Below are positions 28,401-42,436 of a stretch of DNA of 64,000 nucleotides, one piece after another. The notes below the pieces were generated by a model, which saw only the letters and a list, made by a program, of their open reading frames with translations, made no database searches and was not told where the DNA came from. Both the position numbers and the translations under genes were made by a program. Origin of the DNA: Fimbriosthenelais zetlandica (lineage: Eukaryota); the NCBI GenBank assembly GCA_977030845.1, contig OZ365113.1, forward strand, positions 11,966,001 to 12,030,000. The letters are read 5' to 3'. Positions within the stretch are counted from its first letter, which is position 1. The number at the start of each line of letters is the position of its first letter.

Positions 28401-31400
28401 AAAGACCGTTGGTAATCATGAGAGAGCGAGGGTGTAGATTGAACATATGTGGCTCTTCTTAAAGTAAGGGCCTGCTGCAGTCAGCAGTACAATCAGCTTT
28501 CAGCTGCTGGGCCAACTGCTACTCAAGTTTCGAACACTGAGGCAGTTCCTATATGCCTTTGTTTTATTCATAAGATGACCAAACTCCCAGTGTGAATGCC
28601 TAGTTTGGGTCCCTGGTTCTGTTTCACTGCCGAGGCCACAGGGCTGTGTTGGAGGTGGGCAGATAATTGGTCAATTTAGCACAGCGAAAGAGTGGCTTTC
28701 TTTGATTGTCGTGTCTTGTATGGGCAACCAAGCATGCCCAAACGTGTTGGCTCTCGTGCAAAATATCCTGATAGTACCATACGATGTATTGAACCATACA
28801 TAGACTACCTGAGCAAATCACATTCTGAGGCTGACATATTGTTCAGGTCAGGTCAATGTGAAGGTAATCTTTGCCAATGCTGCCATGTGTGGTTCTCTTT
28901 GCTCAATTATTATGCCTAATTCTTCTAGCAGTTATCTGCTATATAGACTAGACGAGGAAAGCTTGCCATTTGGCAATGTCTCGCCTACTACGAAGATATT
29001 CGTATCCGAAGCTTAGCCTAATGGCTTTTAATCGTTCCTCGTATTTGTAGTGCAATTACACGTAATTCCCATCGCAAAATGTTAAATTGATCGCGGTGTC
29101 CAATGCGCAGACACCAGTGCCAGAGGATGGGTTTAATCCAGGTTTGGCCCGATTAATGAAGACTTATTCCGCTGTTGACGCGTTTCCATTAGCGTCCCCC
29201 GCCTGCAAGCCAACGCATCCTCCTGCTGAATACTGCAGGTGAAATCCTAAAAGAAACCATGGCCAATGTCGGCATTTGCTTGCATGAATTTTTTCCTGCA
29301 CAGATTTTCTTTTACAGAGATGGTTCAGTGGTTAAAATTCTTAGGCTCAACGTAATAGTCAATTAATCAGCCTGGTAGCCTGTGTTGTGAATCATGATGA
29401 TGCATATTTTGCTCCTAAGATGATAAGAACCATCACTGCATAGAGGCCCGGGAGTATGCAATTAATATAGGGTGGTAATTAAACACTTCCGGGACACGAT
29501 GAAATTTAGCTGGCGACTTAATTGGCTTGTATTATCCCCTTGAGTGATTCAGAAGCATCCTTAAGGCCGTGAATATAGGTCCCACGTCCAACATAACATA
29601 CTTGACAACCTATAGCTTATATAGAGAGGATAAAGAACATACACGCATATCAAATTAGATAAGTCTGCAAAGTACACTTACAATATGAATATAGCCAGAG
29701 ACAAGTCTCTGTTCTCATTTATATTTATCGAGGCTACATTTTGTTTGTGAGCTATAATAGCTCAAGCTATGTGAGAAAAACCGCTTTTTGCTGAGGATTC
29801 ATGTAAAATTTTCCTTCTGATACAGAATAAAAGGTTTCTGGATACTTTCTGGCTATTGGATAAAAGGGGCCATGTCCTGGAGTTGCAGGTGAGATGAAAC
29901 TATCGCTTCGCATGATGTCAATGGCCTCACCAGGCCAGTTGTTCAAACAAGGGTCAACTCAATTAAGACACTCCACATGCAAGGAGCGACTCTTTCTGTT
30001 TCACATGTGATTGTTAATTTCTATCTGGTGGGCAGTCTAGAGTACAGAGATATGATAGAAAATCATGCCATTTTCATTTGCAGGAAGCAAATGTTAGAGC
30101 CGCGAGCTTTATTAAAAAACCTTATGAAATAAACATGATAACATGATAATAACTTCTCCTCTAGTTGCCCATGCCAATGGCTGGGAACTGATCAGAACTT
30201 TTTAATAAAATAAAAAGGGCACTGTATAAGCTTTCGAGAAAGAGTAGCCGACTGCAATGCAATATCTTTGAGAGAAAATATTGAAATGCCAGCAGAAGTG
30301 TCCTCTGCTTCCCTTGCCCCGCCTCATGTGAGGACAACTTTTATTGGTACAGATAACACCATTACGAAGTTATGGCCATGCAAGCCGGGGGCTGACCTTT
30401 AACCGTCCATGTAGAACCTAATATCTGAGATGGACTGGCAACCAAATATGAACCAAATGATGAGGCACGGATCTGTGTACGTGTCTCATATTAATAAACG
30501 TCCGATTGCATAGTAGCTGGATATTCATATACAATATGGAGAACATCAGCGATACCTGCTGTGTGCGGACCCGGATATATAATGTAATATGAGATTCACC
30601 AGATAGAAAAGGGCAGGCACATACATATAGGAGATTTCTTGCCAGTTCACAGTATTTTTCCCCTGTGAATGGTAATGTTTACTTCAAGGTAAGAAATGGT
30701 TGTCCACCTCTCAGGTTCGGTCTTTTATACCTCCCTCGAACAATTACAGATGGATTACTATAGGTTGTATTCAGCATTAATTTCCTAGTGCTCCAACAGT
30801 AACAGTTACTGTGTATTGTGCTGCAATAATGCATTGCTCTTACTTAAGGGTTGTTCCCACTGCAGGCTGCGTGTGTGAATGCGTCTATCCCTCAGAAGCC
30901 TCAAATGAGAGTATCTTTTTTCTTCCTGCCCACCTAAGTGGAACAAAAGCGTATTATTTTACGCTTCCCGCACGTGAAATTGCTGTTTTTGATCACCAAA
31001 TCTTGAGGCATGCATCAGGAATTGAAGACCATATGATTTGTGTATGCACCTATTATTTGAATGTATTGGTGAGTTTACTAAAGGGAGCCATATGGCCAAA
31101 AGCAATGCATATACCTTATTTTTATAGCCATTCTGTTATTACATTTATGGCACAGGGGTCCACCCAAACCTGCCCAAAAGAACAATCTTTTATTCCAACC
31201 AAAATACAAGTCGAGTTACGTCCGAGCCTGGGGAATACTAAATGAAAGAAAAAGGAGGAAATTCTTTTCGACTTCCAACACTTTTCAGTGGTCATAAAGA
31301 TTCTAAAGCTAGTTTACTATGAACCCTGTTCCTAGAAGGTCAAAGGAGAGGAAATAACATTGGTGTCTAGAGCCTGGGGCCCTGACTTTAAGCCAGTGTA

Positions 31401-34400
31401 AACATATCGGTCCTCAAGCCCTGAACCTATGAATAACAATATAATTTGCACCAAGGCTTCGAAGGGGCCAAGCATAGGTCATCTGGAGTGGTCCATTCAA
31501 AAGGACTTCCTGCTTTAGGCCTGTGCCCGTTTCGGAATTTCCCATAGACATAACATTGTTAATGGATGTTTTGAAACGGGCTCCTGAAGCTATCTAATTT
31601 TGCCTATGAAATCATTGTCACGTGGTAGCCAAATTATGTGTTAGAAAGATTCTATGTGGTCTTTGTGACCACGGGTAATGTACTTAGTGTATTCCATGAA
31701 TAAATGGTGGTGCCCAGACCAAGGAGGCGCTTGTCATTATTGCTTAGTGGGGTGATGGGGAATGGACAAAGAGGAGGTATGTGAGGAAAAGTAGTAGATT
31801 ACTTGCCACCAACCTTTCAGTAATGGCATCAAGAAGGCCTGGCTGTGCCTTCCTTCCAATACAAAACGGGTGTCAAACCACACAATATGGCAGTAACGTT
31901 ACAACGCCATGTGATATAATACATCATGTTACTCAATCATGATTGTATCACATCACCAAAGCTTTGATTATATAAGTAGAACAAAAATCAAAAGTACTTA
32001 AGTTTATTATAATAGTAAATTCTACCCTTCCCCTTTTTCTATATATAGTATATTTACACATGCCTAACATATGAGTGGAAAGTTTTGTGCAAGTTCATGA
32101 GTGCTCTCCCAATAACATACATGTGATGGTTTTATGCTTAAAATAAGCTTCATCCCTTCCAGGCGAAGTAAATAGACACCATGCATCTATAGGGAGAAAA
32201 CAGAGGCTTTTAATTGCTTCAAATTACATTCTATTACTCACATTTCTCTGGAGTAAATACTCCCCACGTCAGGATGTACCTACGCAGGAGTTTTAATTTA
32301 GAAACCTCGTTCATCTGCTATTGAAACAATCTGAAGGGACATTTGTTAAAAATCCCTTCCAGCCACCCTAATTATAGGCAATGTATTGTAAAGAAACAGC
32401 AGTAGCATTAGGTAGAAAATATACAGATAGACCCTCTCACAATAGGGCCAAGGCTGGTCCTGAAATTAATTACTGACGGGGGGGACTTCTGGTTCAGCAT
32501 TGCTGAACAGAAGCCCTGCAGGATGGTAGGAAAGGCAATGTGAGAACGTCTAATAAATGAGGTCTTGGATCATTGATGACCAACAAAGACAAATATATAT
32601 CTTATTACCTCCGGAGGCTCCATTGATATCATAAATTGCCGTCCGGAATGAAATAAGACGTCTGCTCTACAATATTATCACCCAACCAACAGATTGATCT
32701 ACAAAGGCGGCCATTCTGGCAGTAGCTCTGAATGCATCAACCGTTTTTCAGCTGTATAGATCTCTTCAGTATTGTTGAATGGGATGTTAAAAGTTTATTG
32801 CTCTACTTCGATCCCTACTCTACCCTTTGAATGAACTGAATAATGAGTTTTGCCTCACTCAAATAAGAATTGTGAACTACACTATAAGAGACATCCAGAC
32901 TTTTTCTCTAGTGCTCCAGGCATTAACCTTCAGTATCACTGAGGTCGCAGGGAAAACCTTCTATATCTAGGGAAGACATAAACAACTGTCAATAAAATAT
33001 TAATGATACAGACAAGGGGACGAGCATAACAATGGTGGTGATTATAGCACTGTCGTCATCAGGCATAAGACTATTTTATTAATGTATTTACCATTGTATT
33101 ATCACTCCTGGCTTTTACGGCTTTGGTCTTTGCCCAGTATTATTGGATGAACTTTGCCTTTCAGCAGCCAGGGGGCAAAACCAATATCATTGGGAATAGA
33201 CACACAGCCATGTGACTATTCTGCTATCTGTATAATGTATGGGTGGCTGGAGCCTGCAGGAGCTGAGCAATGTTCAGTTTTGACGCTGGCACGGTTGATG
33301 AGCCTATTGTTCAAATATTTGGCTGGCATAATCAAGGCATAGTCAATAATCAGGATTGATTGATACCTACTTAGAGAGCACAGTCTGTTTCTATCTGAAC
33401 TTCTCCAGCAAATATGAGAAGGTTTCTGATAAATCGGAAATAAAACTGCAAGCGTACACCACGCAACATGAACCCTTGGATTCATTTTGTAGCTCAGAAA
33501 CGCACATTTAGTTTTGGTTACACTTCAAATCCAATAATGTAGGGGCCTCCTCTCCCCGTGTCTCTAAGCTTGCTGATTATACCCTTCATGCACCATTCGT
33601 CTGACCCCATGGTCATAAACACTCCACGATAAGCGTGCTTCATTGGGTCCAGATAAACAATGCTAAGATAAGCGGAAGTATGTCTTTTCCGTTGATTCAT
33701 GATTTAGCTCCCTGAAATGAGTTAGCAGAGCCCTATCCTATAGATTCCATTCACTACCCGGAAAGCAATACTATAGAAAGAGAAAATGTAAAGTATATGA
33801 AAGGACAAAGCACGAAATCTATTTCCGGAAAAAAGCAGTCTGCATTTCAAAGTGGGAGAGATGTTAGTTAGCTGCCGTCTATATAGAGACTGGCGTGATG
33901 ATACATTGACACAATATCTCTCAGCTCGCCAGGATGTTTCTCCTATTATCGCCCAGGGATCCTAATTAGCTACTATCTGTTCTAAGCAGATAGGACTGAA
34001 GTGCTTATTGCCATCTATGGGTCTCATGGTCCATTGCTTCCATATGCGTCAATGAATTATAATTAATGATACCTTTTTGTCCCCTCAAGACACCTAGATT
34101 TTTGAGATTCAACATATTGCCGAGACAAGTTCTGTTCCTCTTCAGGAAGGATATATAGAACAACATTAATTGATAGTGATGGGCGAAAGGGGATTTTTAC
34201 CAGAGAGTCCCGTTGGATTCTACATAAGCCCCAACCATGTCAGTTCATCCAGTGGTATCAGATGTATTGATTAGAAGGTATATCCTTCTTTGTCGTATAT
34301 ATACATCTTGGCTAATAGATTCATACATCTTGCATGCCACGGCTGATATTGATCCGTGAAAGCCCAGTTCTTTGGGAGTCCCAGCCTATCTGAGGACTTC

Positions 34401-37400
34401 CTCTTCTCTCAACATATATACAATGAATTACAATTCCACACCTAAACGATACATTCAAGAGAGAATAATGCTTATTCATTGCGGTATTGACGATTACTTA
34501 GAATATTGGCATCGGGGGGGGGGGAGGCTTATTGTATTTCATGCCAACCGCATGAAAACGGAGGAAAGGTGACACTGATTGAATTATGTCCAGGTTACAA
34601 CTAAAAAGCAAAACTAAAACAGACCATATTACACTTCATTTTCAATTTTGTCACAGTGTGCACATTCTTTCAAGGGGATTCGGTTTTATGCCACGTACAT
34701 GTAATTAACAGTATTTTTTAGGTCAGTATAGGGCCTATAGTTAGTCACATTAACTGCTTTCTTGAGGCTGGGGTTTCTGACGAAGGAGGACAAATGATTC
34801 GCATACATAATGCCCCTAAAGGGTGTCATAATACGAGCCGGCCTTACATGGAAACGGTCCTCTTAAATGGATGTTTATTTCCCTCATAAAGGCCCATATT
34901 ATCGTCCATCATTGCATGTACAGTCTACAAGCTCTATAGGGTTATACCTGGCTAATGTGATCTATTAATTACCGATGTGTGTTACATCACTGCCAGGGGC
35001 TAGAGGAATCACGGCAGGACCATTAATTAAGCTCAATGTTCCTCCAGAGCGCGATATGGGACCCCCGGAGACCTTTTTCCCCTTGTATGGTCCCATCCCT
35101 GCTCACGCTGGCCCAGACGTGCAGGACCACTTTCATATCCTACTGTGCTTTACCGAGTTGCCTGGTAATGGCGCTAGGCGTGCTGAGATCGCAGAGCCCC
35201 AGGGCATGATGACTGTTTATGGGACTTTGGGTCTATTGGCAAAATGCTGAGAGCTTTCATGCTGCCAGAGTCTGCCCTCAAATCCCTGGCGAGTCATCTC
35301 CTCCTGTTGTCCATTCGCAGACTCCTCTCAATGTGTTACTTTAGAACCTTGAGAACCCACATACTGTTCCTCATCAAGCCAATTGTTTGAGCAGACTATC
35401 CTGCTTTATGGTACCCCTTTGCTCTACCTCAACTCGTAGAGTGGTATATTGCCCTTGTACCTAATCCTCCTGAGCATATGAAATAGAAATTGCCAGTCTG
35501 TAGTGTATTAATTGCTAAAGACCTGTACCCAGATTTTCTGGCACCAAGTCTTTGAGTTGAGTCCAGTTTAGTATGCTCAAGAAGCTTGTGTTTTAGTATT
35601 GGGAACTTCTAGACTGTATGACACTTCTCCTTAGTAACACCCCAGGGGAGAACTTCGGTGAGGTAGTGTAAAACTCTAAGTTTAAAGTGGTAACCATTTC
35701 CCTTTCCCAGAGTGTACGCAGAATAATCAGCTGAATAGTTTTTACAGTGAACGATCCTCATTTCTAAATCTGAAGTGCATTAATTATATAGCAGAATTAG
35801 TCCCATATTTCTGCCTAGACATTTATAATTTTCAACAAGTCGCATCCATGCATCCTGGAATATGAAACTTGCATAATAAATTGCAATATTATTGCAATAT
35901 TGTGTACTGATACTGGGATTGTTTGCATCAAATAGTTCGTACCACCGACAACAGGCTGGAATCTCTCATCGCGAGAGCTTATCAGTTTCAGACAGAGGAA
36001 GCTAGAGTTTTTAGTTCCGCAGGTGGAACGTTTCAGTTAATTTTACCCCAGTTAATGACAGTAATTCCACTGGACAAATGCATATTCTCTGTCAGCCAAT
36101 CAGCGGGGCTGAACCAGGTTAAAATGCTGCCACCTCTTTGCTCATGAAGGCCGTGAGTTTCTCACGTCTGCCGGCGATGTCCTCTCAATCTCGATCCACT
36201 TCCGGTTCCTGTCGCGTGTCATGTTATTAGCTGGCTTCCTGCATGGAAAAGACGCCCTCTATCGGGATGCTTGGAGCGTCAAGACACGTTCATTGCACCT
36301 TTCTGTCTATAGTCTAGGCAGGGAGTAGTTACCTGGACTTGTACACATCATGTTAATTGGGCAGTAAAGCATTGATAATTGCTCCTGTGTCCGGGCTATG
36401 TATTTAGTCTAGTATGGAGAACATTATCTGTTCTCTTATTACTGCAATGACAGATTAAAGGGGAACCCCCATAAGATTTATCAAAAGTACATTAAGGGCA
36501 AGCACTTTGAAACACACTGAATAGACTATAGGGGAAACCTTGGTGATTTGTCAGCAGTATATTTACTACAAATATATATATAAGCTTTTTTTATCCACCA
36601 AGGGCTATATAACGATCCTACTGATGATAAATTTCTTAGTGTTTTTTCTTACATCTCGACCCAAAGTATTCATCATTCTAGTCTATCAGCCATCATCTCT
36701 GTGGATTTAAGACCTATATCCTTGGCCTTGGTAATGTGTATGGATATAACTTTATTTTCTTCCAACATCTCCACCAGAACGCCAACACCCGTATATATAC
36801 AGCCCATTCCAAACTAAAGCATTATAATATAGGTAATTTCTCCTCGGCTAATGCTAGATTTTTTCCATCACTATCACTACCACGGCTACAATATATTCTA
36901 GGACATAGATAGGACATATAGAAGTTCTGCACAATATATAGATGGTCTCCTATTTAAGGTCATGACCTGGTTCGTGATCTTTGTATCAGACCCTCGTGCT
37001 AGTCGACTAGTCTCCATCAACCATCGTATAGATCGAGGTTGCAGGGCAAAGTCAGTTTATTGGTGGGTCCATCTGTGAGTTCTTCTGTACTGTTTGCCTT
37101 TTATGACTAGCTTTCAGAGAGACAGAAAGAAATGGAGACACTGTATGGACACTGTGGCACAGAATAATCAATGTGCATACATTGCGCACACAATTTATAC
37201 CACTATCGGCGCTTGCACATAATGGACATGAGTGATGATGTCTTGACGTCTGGGTATGGCCGCGTCGTTGTCACGAGTAGTACTATGGACAGTTTCAACG
37301 GGTGCTGTGGTAGCCTTTGCCTGTGTAATAAGTGAATCTGGAACCTGTTTCAAAATGAATAGAAGCAATGCTAAGTCTATGGCTAATATTCGTTTTGAAA

Positions 37401-40400
37401 CAGGCTCCTGATTGGTCAATGGCGGGTTATGTGATTCTCATCAATGTTAATTCGTTTTTGTTGTGTAAAATGCAAGAGTCTATGTTGTCCGACCTCAGGG
37501 CTAAGTTAAACCATGTCTATTAATCGAGGTTCATGAATAATTTAGGTAGACTTATATACATGGAGCTGATGAAGTCTTAATGGATACATAAAGCTTTGGA
37601 CATAATCTTGTTACCAGATTATGTCTTTTTTTCTCAATCTAAAAGACAGTGGTGGATGTTATTTTAACAAGTAATGTATCGCGTGGCATTCATGTAAACA
37701 TAATACAGAGAGTGGCCAGACATTTCATTATTCCATTCTAAATCTATTCTCTGATATTTGGTCCCCTCCACAAAAGCTCCCGCCAGCACGTCTGGCTTGA
37801 GCTTTGAATCCAGTAGGATGAGGGTTTCATCTGATGTATGGTGGTAAAATGGAGGCCTCAGTGGGGGGTGGAGGTGAGTGGGGTGAGGGGACTATAGTGG
37901 ATCCAACTGGCCCAGAGCCTTAGGGTTAGACAGGGATCATCAGTGCTCGGGGTTCTGGCCGCCTGATCGCGGTCAACCAGGAATGGAGAGAGAGCTTTCC
38001 CTGTAATGGGTCTGTATTGAACCACCATGAATTACCCCTTGGCAATATTTTGTCACTTCTTCCTGCATCCATAACCTCCCACCACCTTCGCCCTTGTTGT
38101 ACAGAACAACGATGTGAAAGCAATTAAATTGATGACGATAGGATATGCTCTTCCTCGACATTCCAATTTTGCATCTAGCCGACTCAGAGTACATTTCCCC
38201 CCCGAAGTCATCACATGAAAAAGGTATTAGAACGTGCTGAAAGAATAGATGGGTAGTGCTCCTAATGTCAGATGTTTTATCTGGATGGTAAAACCTATGG
38301 GAAAAAACGGTGACAATCATTGTAAATTCCATTCATGATGCTCACTTTCTCGGGTTAAAAATAACCTCCCTCCCAGACTGCACGTGCCATGAGAGCTGCA
38401 CATCCAGAGGACTATGGTTATTTTTGGCTATAAAGCATCAACGCCAGCAGATTAGTCATTGCGAGCAATCGAAAGGAGAGATAATTACATCCCAATTGCA
38501 GCTCATTAAAGTCTTGCCCCGTATTTCTTAATTGTTTTTCTAATTTTCATAATCAGGTTGGAATTAGCATAGAGGTGCTGGCGGCATGCGTATAAGATCG
38601 ATAAACGAGTTATCCAGTTGTCCCCTTCTCACGTATTATAGTCCCCTGCAGAACAAGCCTGCTTGATGGCTATATTTGGAGGAAACCTGCCATATAAATG
38701 CGGAGATGAGTTTCCCATTCTTTGCCCCATTGTTTTAGTGCACTGTATCGGCCAGGCAAGGACCGAGTCTCATTGTTCTAAGTGCTCCTACATATCATCG
38801 CTGGTGATTTACTTTGGATAGAATGGACCTAAGCCACTCGTAGAGAGGATTTAGATGTGCCTTACTGTGGAAGGACATTGGACGATGTAGCTGGCTGGTG
38901 GTCTTTTTTTCTGGGGGCCGAGTGGTCAGGGATTGTAGACAGTGTTGGGTCATGACTGTCCTATATAGCGTACACTAGCCTAGATTTCACACTTGGCTGT
39001 GCCCTTCCATACTCTATCTTTGCACAGTCCTTATAGCATCCCTGAAGTTCTGGGCTCTCATAATTGGATGATAAATCAGCCGAAGCAAATTGTTCCCTTC
39101 GGATTCAGCGGTATAAAAAGTATAACGTGTGTATTTCTCTGGAATAATTGCATCAATTCTGGGAACGTTTGTTTGAGGCTTTAGAGATTTGCTATTTGAT
39201 CAGTTATTATCGTTATTCACAATAGAATGAACATTTCAGTCTGGCAGAACTCTGCAATGAATAACTGAGAATGAGGGAAGCGAGTTTAGGAAATGGTTTT
39301 TCTAAATCCTAGGACAGAGTACTTTCAGCTAATGGCTAAATGTATTTTCTAATACAGATTCGTCAGTTCATGGTTCCAAAACAATTATTGTTGCCTAATT
39401 ATTCCAAAGTGTATTAGCTATAAAACCACAAGAGCAGAAATGGATATCACTTTATTAATGGCTGCTCTGTCCAACATTTGCATGACCTTATAGTCTACCT
39501 CCGGCTGAACTCGAGGCAACAGTCCTAACTTTGACATTTTATTTGTTTTATTGAGCTGTAGATATTAAACCTTTTGGGCCAAGAGGCAAGCCTCTAGCTG
39601 ACATTTTCTCGAGTCATACGCGGCGTTCGGCAGGCCAGCCCTTGTAGTTCACAGTCATTTCCATTGTGAAATATGCAACAGACAGACAAGGAATAACCAC
39701 TCTATTCACAGCGTCTGTCAAGGTAAAAGGACAGATCAAGATAAAATCACAGCCTCTCTTGTGCATTCAATAACATGGCGTCAATCAACCTGCCAACATT
39801 CGGCTCTCTCCACTGTCGAAAAAAAGGAGGCAGGAAAGGGGGAAATGGCACAAGAATATATAAATATATGGGACCAAAGCAAAGCCATGAGCCTGATGAT
39901 TGGGCTCCCATGTTTGGAGAAAGAACTCATGTAAAATCTAATTTATCCCATGGACTATCGCCATTTATGAGGAGTAATACTTAGTGATTTCGCTTTAATT
40001 TGCATATTAAAAAGATCCAGTAGCCGTTTGCCCGCAAAGGTCTCGTAGAGAAGCTCTTTTTCTCACAGAACTGGTGATAGGTATCAATTTGATTCGTTTC
40101 CATGGATACCAGACTATTTAAGTACCATAATCACTGCAGTGTGAATACTGAAGACTAAGCAAGTGACATTTTCTCTCCCTGAATTGCAAGTTGAAGCACA
40201 CATGCCATGCCCAAGAAAGTCACCATAGGTAGTTAATATTAATAAGCATATTACCAATAACCAATTAAGATAATGTAATTATGTCGCCATTAACGGCCAC
40301 TAACAACCCACTAAAATCCTATCCTTTCCAATGAAAAACATAAGGAGTTATATTCAACCACTCCATATTTATCCCCGTTAATTATTTGTAGGAATGTCCA

Positions 40401-40480
40401 ATACCCGAAGAGACATTAGATAGGCGTTAAAGAGATTGATGAAAATAGTAAGAAAAGTATGTTTTTGGTTAAGATTTAAC

Positions 40481-40486
40481 TTTATT
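40481..40486 (-). terminator. Candidate distal polyadenylation signal (AATAAA) of the sulfotransferase mRNA
   Basis: AATAAA on the minus strand about 960 nt after the stop, followed by a T-rich downstream tract (acttttcttactattttc). Further AATAAA hexamers lie at 40587-40592 and 41432-41437. Confidence 0.45.
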
Positions 40487-41444
40487 TACAACCGTTTACC
40501 TGAAACGGTTACATACCTATAGAATATACTCTGTCCAAAAATAGTGAGACTAATTTTGATCACTAACATTAATTAACCTTTCACAATTTATTGTAAATCC
40601 ATACGTCTTAATGGATAGGAATAATGATATTTTACATCACAACTGTACTCCAATTCACAACTTTCATGACAGACTCACAATACTCTCACTGCAAACATAC
40701 ATAACGATCTCATTACAGAAAATACTTGGTCTATTGCATGACACACGTCTTTTTTTGTCTATTATGTAAAGGGGAACAGGATATATGGGCAAGTTAAAAT
40801 GAAACATATATAAAACCCAGGGAATACTGATCTCATTGTACATATAATATAAATAGCCACCGGACAGTAGAATGATATTGAAATACTGTATCAATCAAAG
40901 TTACAGCTATATTAAATGGGAGAAATCTCGTTCATAATCATAACCACAATTTGGATTTTCAGTGGAATCCATTTCCACAGTTCAATGCTCAGCCAGACTA
41001 GTTCGCAGTTTTTCATTATTATTCACTCTATTCCATTACCAATACAATAAATCATGATAGGTTCGAATGTCTAATGGGGATGGGGGGACTTCATTGGGTT
41101 CAACTGAGACGACCCAATCTGCATACCTAGGCAACGCGAGTGGATTGATTCCATTCACAGGGACCTGTTTCAAAACATGACACGCTACAATAGCCTATGT
41201 TAAGTCTATGGATTAATATGACTTCTGAAACCAAATTCTGATGCTTTCATCGCCTGACCATGGGGCTTGTTTCATAACAATGTTTTTTTATGGTTATAAA
41301 ACACACCCCAGACTGTCACTGGATGGCTTCAATTAACACACACTATAACTGTCCACACCTGCATGCACACCTCCAGGTTCTCCCATCGTGCAGTCACACT
41401 ATCTCATACGATATGGGGCTTTATGGCAATGTTTATTGTTATGA

Positions 41445-42436
41445 CTAGGATAACAGATATGCTGAGAAGTTGAGGTCATAACCGAACATCATAAAGTCTG
41501 GTAGATAGGCTTGTATGAGTCTGGACAGGTCTCTCTTAGAGACAGTGTTGTAGTACCTATGCATGACCTCTCGAGTAGCAGCACCAGCTGGTTTGATGGT
41601 GGGAAAGGCACGGGGGCACTTATCGCCGGAAATCTTGCTCAACATATGAGCCGAGTCCCGGTCGAAGCTCTCGAACTTCCCCACAAAGTCATACTTTATA
41701 GAACATGGGTGACACAAATCAAAGTAGGAAGCCCAATGAGGATTAAGTGCTTTCCCAGAAAGAGACCGTCTACTGACATATTTAACAAACTCAGCAAATG
41801 TCACATCGTGGCCTCGCGCTAGGGCCTCATTGGTCGGGTTTTTCCTGAACAGGCGCACAATCTTGCGTCCATATTTTCTTTGAAAATGCTGGGTCCATTT
41901 ATTGTAAACTGTAAATTTTTCAACATAGGCTGACAGCAGTCTTTCTAAAGGATGGCGGACAAACATAAACTTAAAATAAGTGTTCATACGGGCCCGGATC
42001 TCCTCCAGTGGGAATGTATTCATGTAACGTAATCCTATTTGGTTCATAAAGAGCTCATCATGTACGTTAAGTGTCCTGAGAGACTCCTCCTTTGTGACAT
42101 TAATGCGTCCAGTCATACGTGCTAAAGCTCTCTTCCAATTGGTGCATGCCACCTTGGGTATAACGCAGTATATCACTTGATGCTTATCATCCACTAGTAA
42201 GTTGCCCAAATTCTCAGGAACAAGTTGTTTTTTGCGCCATGAGCAGGACGACGACTGGGCCGTGTTGTGAGGCAGGGTGATGGGAGCTGCTGTTGTAGTA
42301 CAGCGGTTACAGTTCCTCCACATCTCTCTCCTCCTGTTATCCTGAAGGTTCTCCATCCACGATTCTTCAGGTAAAGGACTTGGACATTCTGGATTGACAG
42401 AAGTGCTCCATGGAATGGTAGTGTTGGGTGTGTTAT
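41445..42436 (-). CDS. CHST11-like: Carbohydrate sulfotransferase (Sulfotransfer_2 / HNK-1ST-C4ST family), coding exon 2: stem plus entire catalytic domain
   Basis: The 303-aa ORF 41445..42356 has the 5'-PSB motif YCVIPKVACTNWKR and the 3'-PB motif FMFVRHPLERLLSAY. It also has the family C-terminal motifs HWASYFDLCHPCSIKYDFVGKFE and YLPDFMMFGY. The frame stays open upstream to a good acceptor, atttctccttgcag|ATAAC (exon starts at 42436). The subfamily (CHST8/9/10/11/12/13/14) cannot be fixed by eye. Confidence 0.96.
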
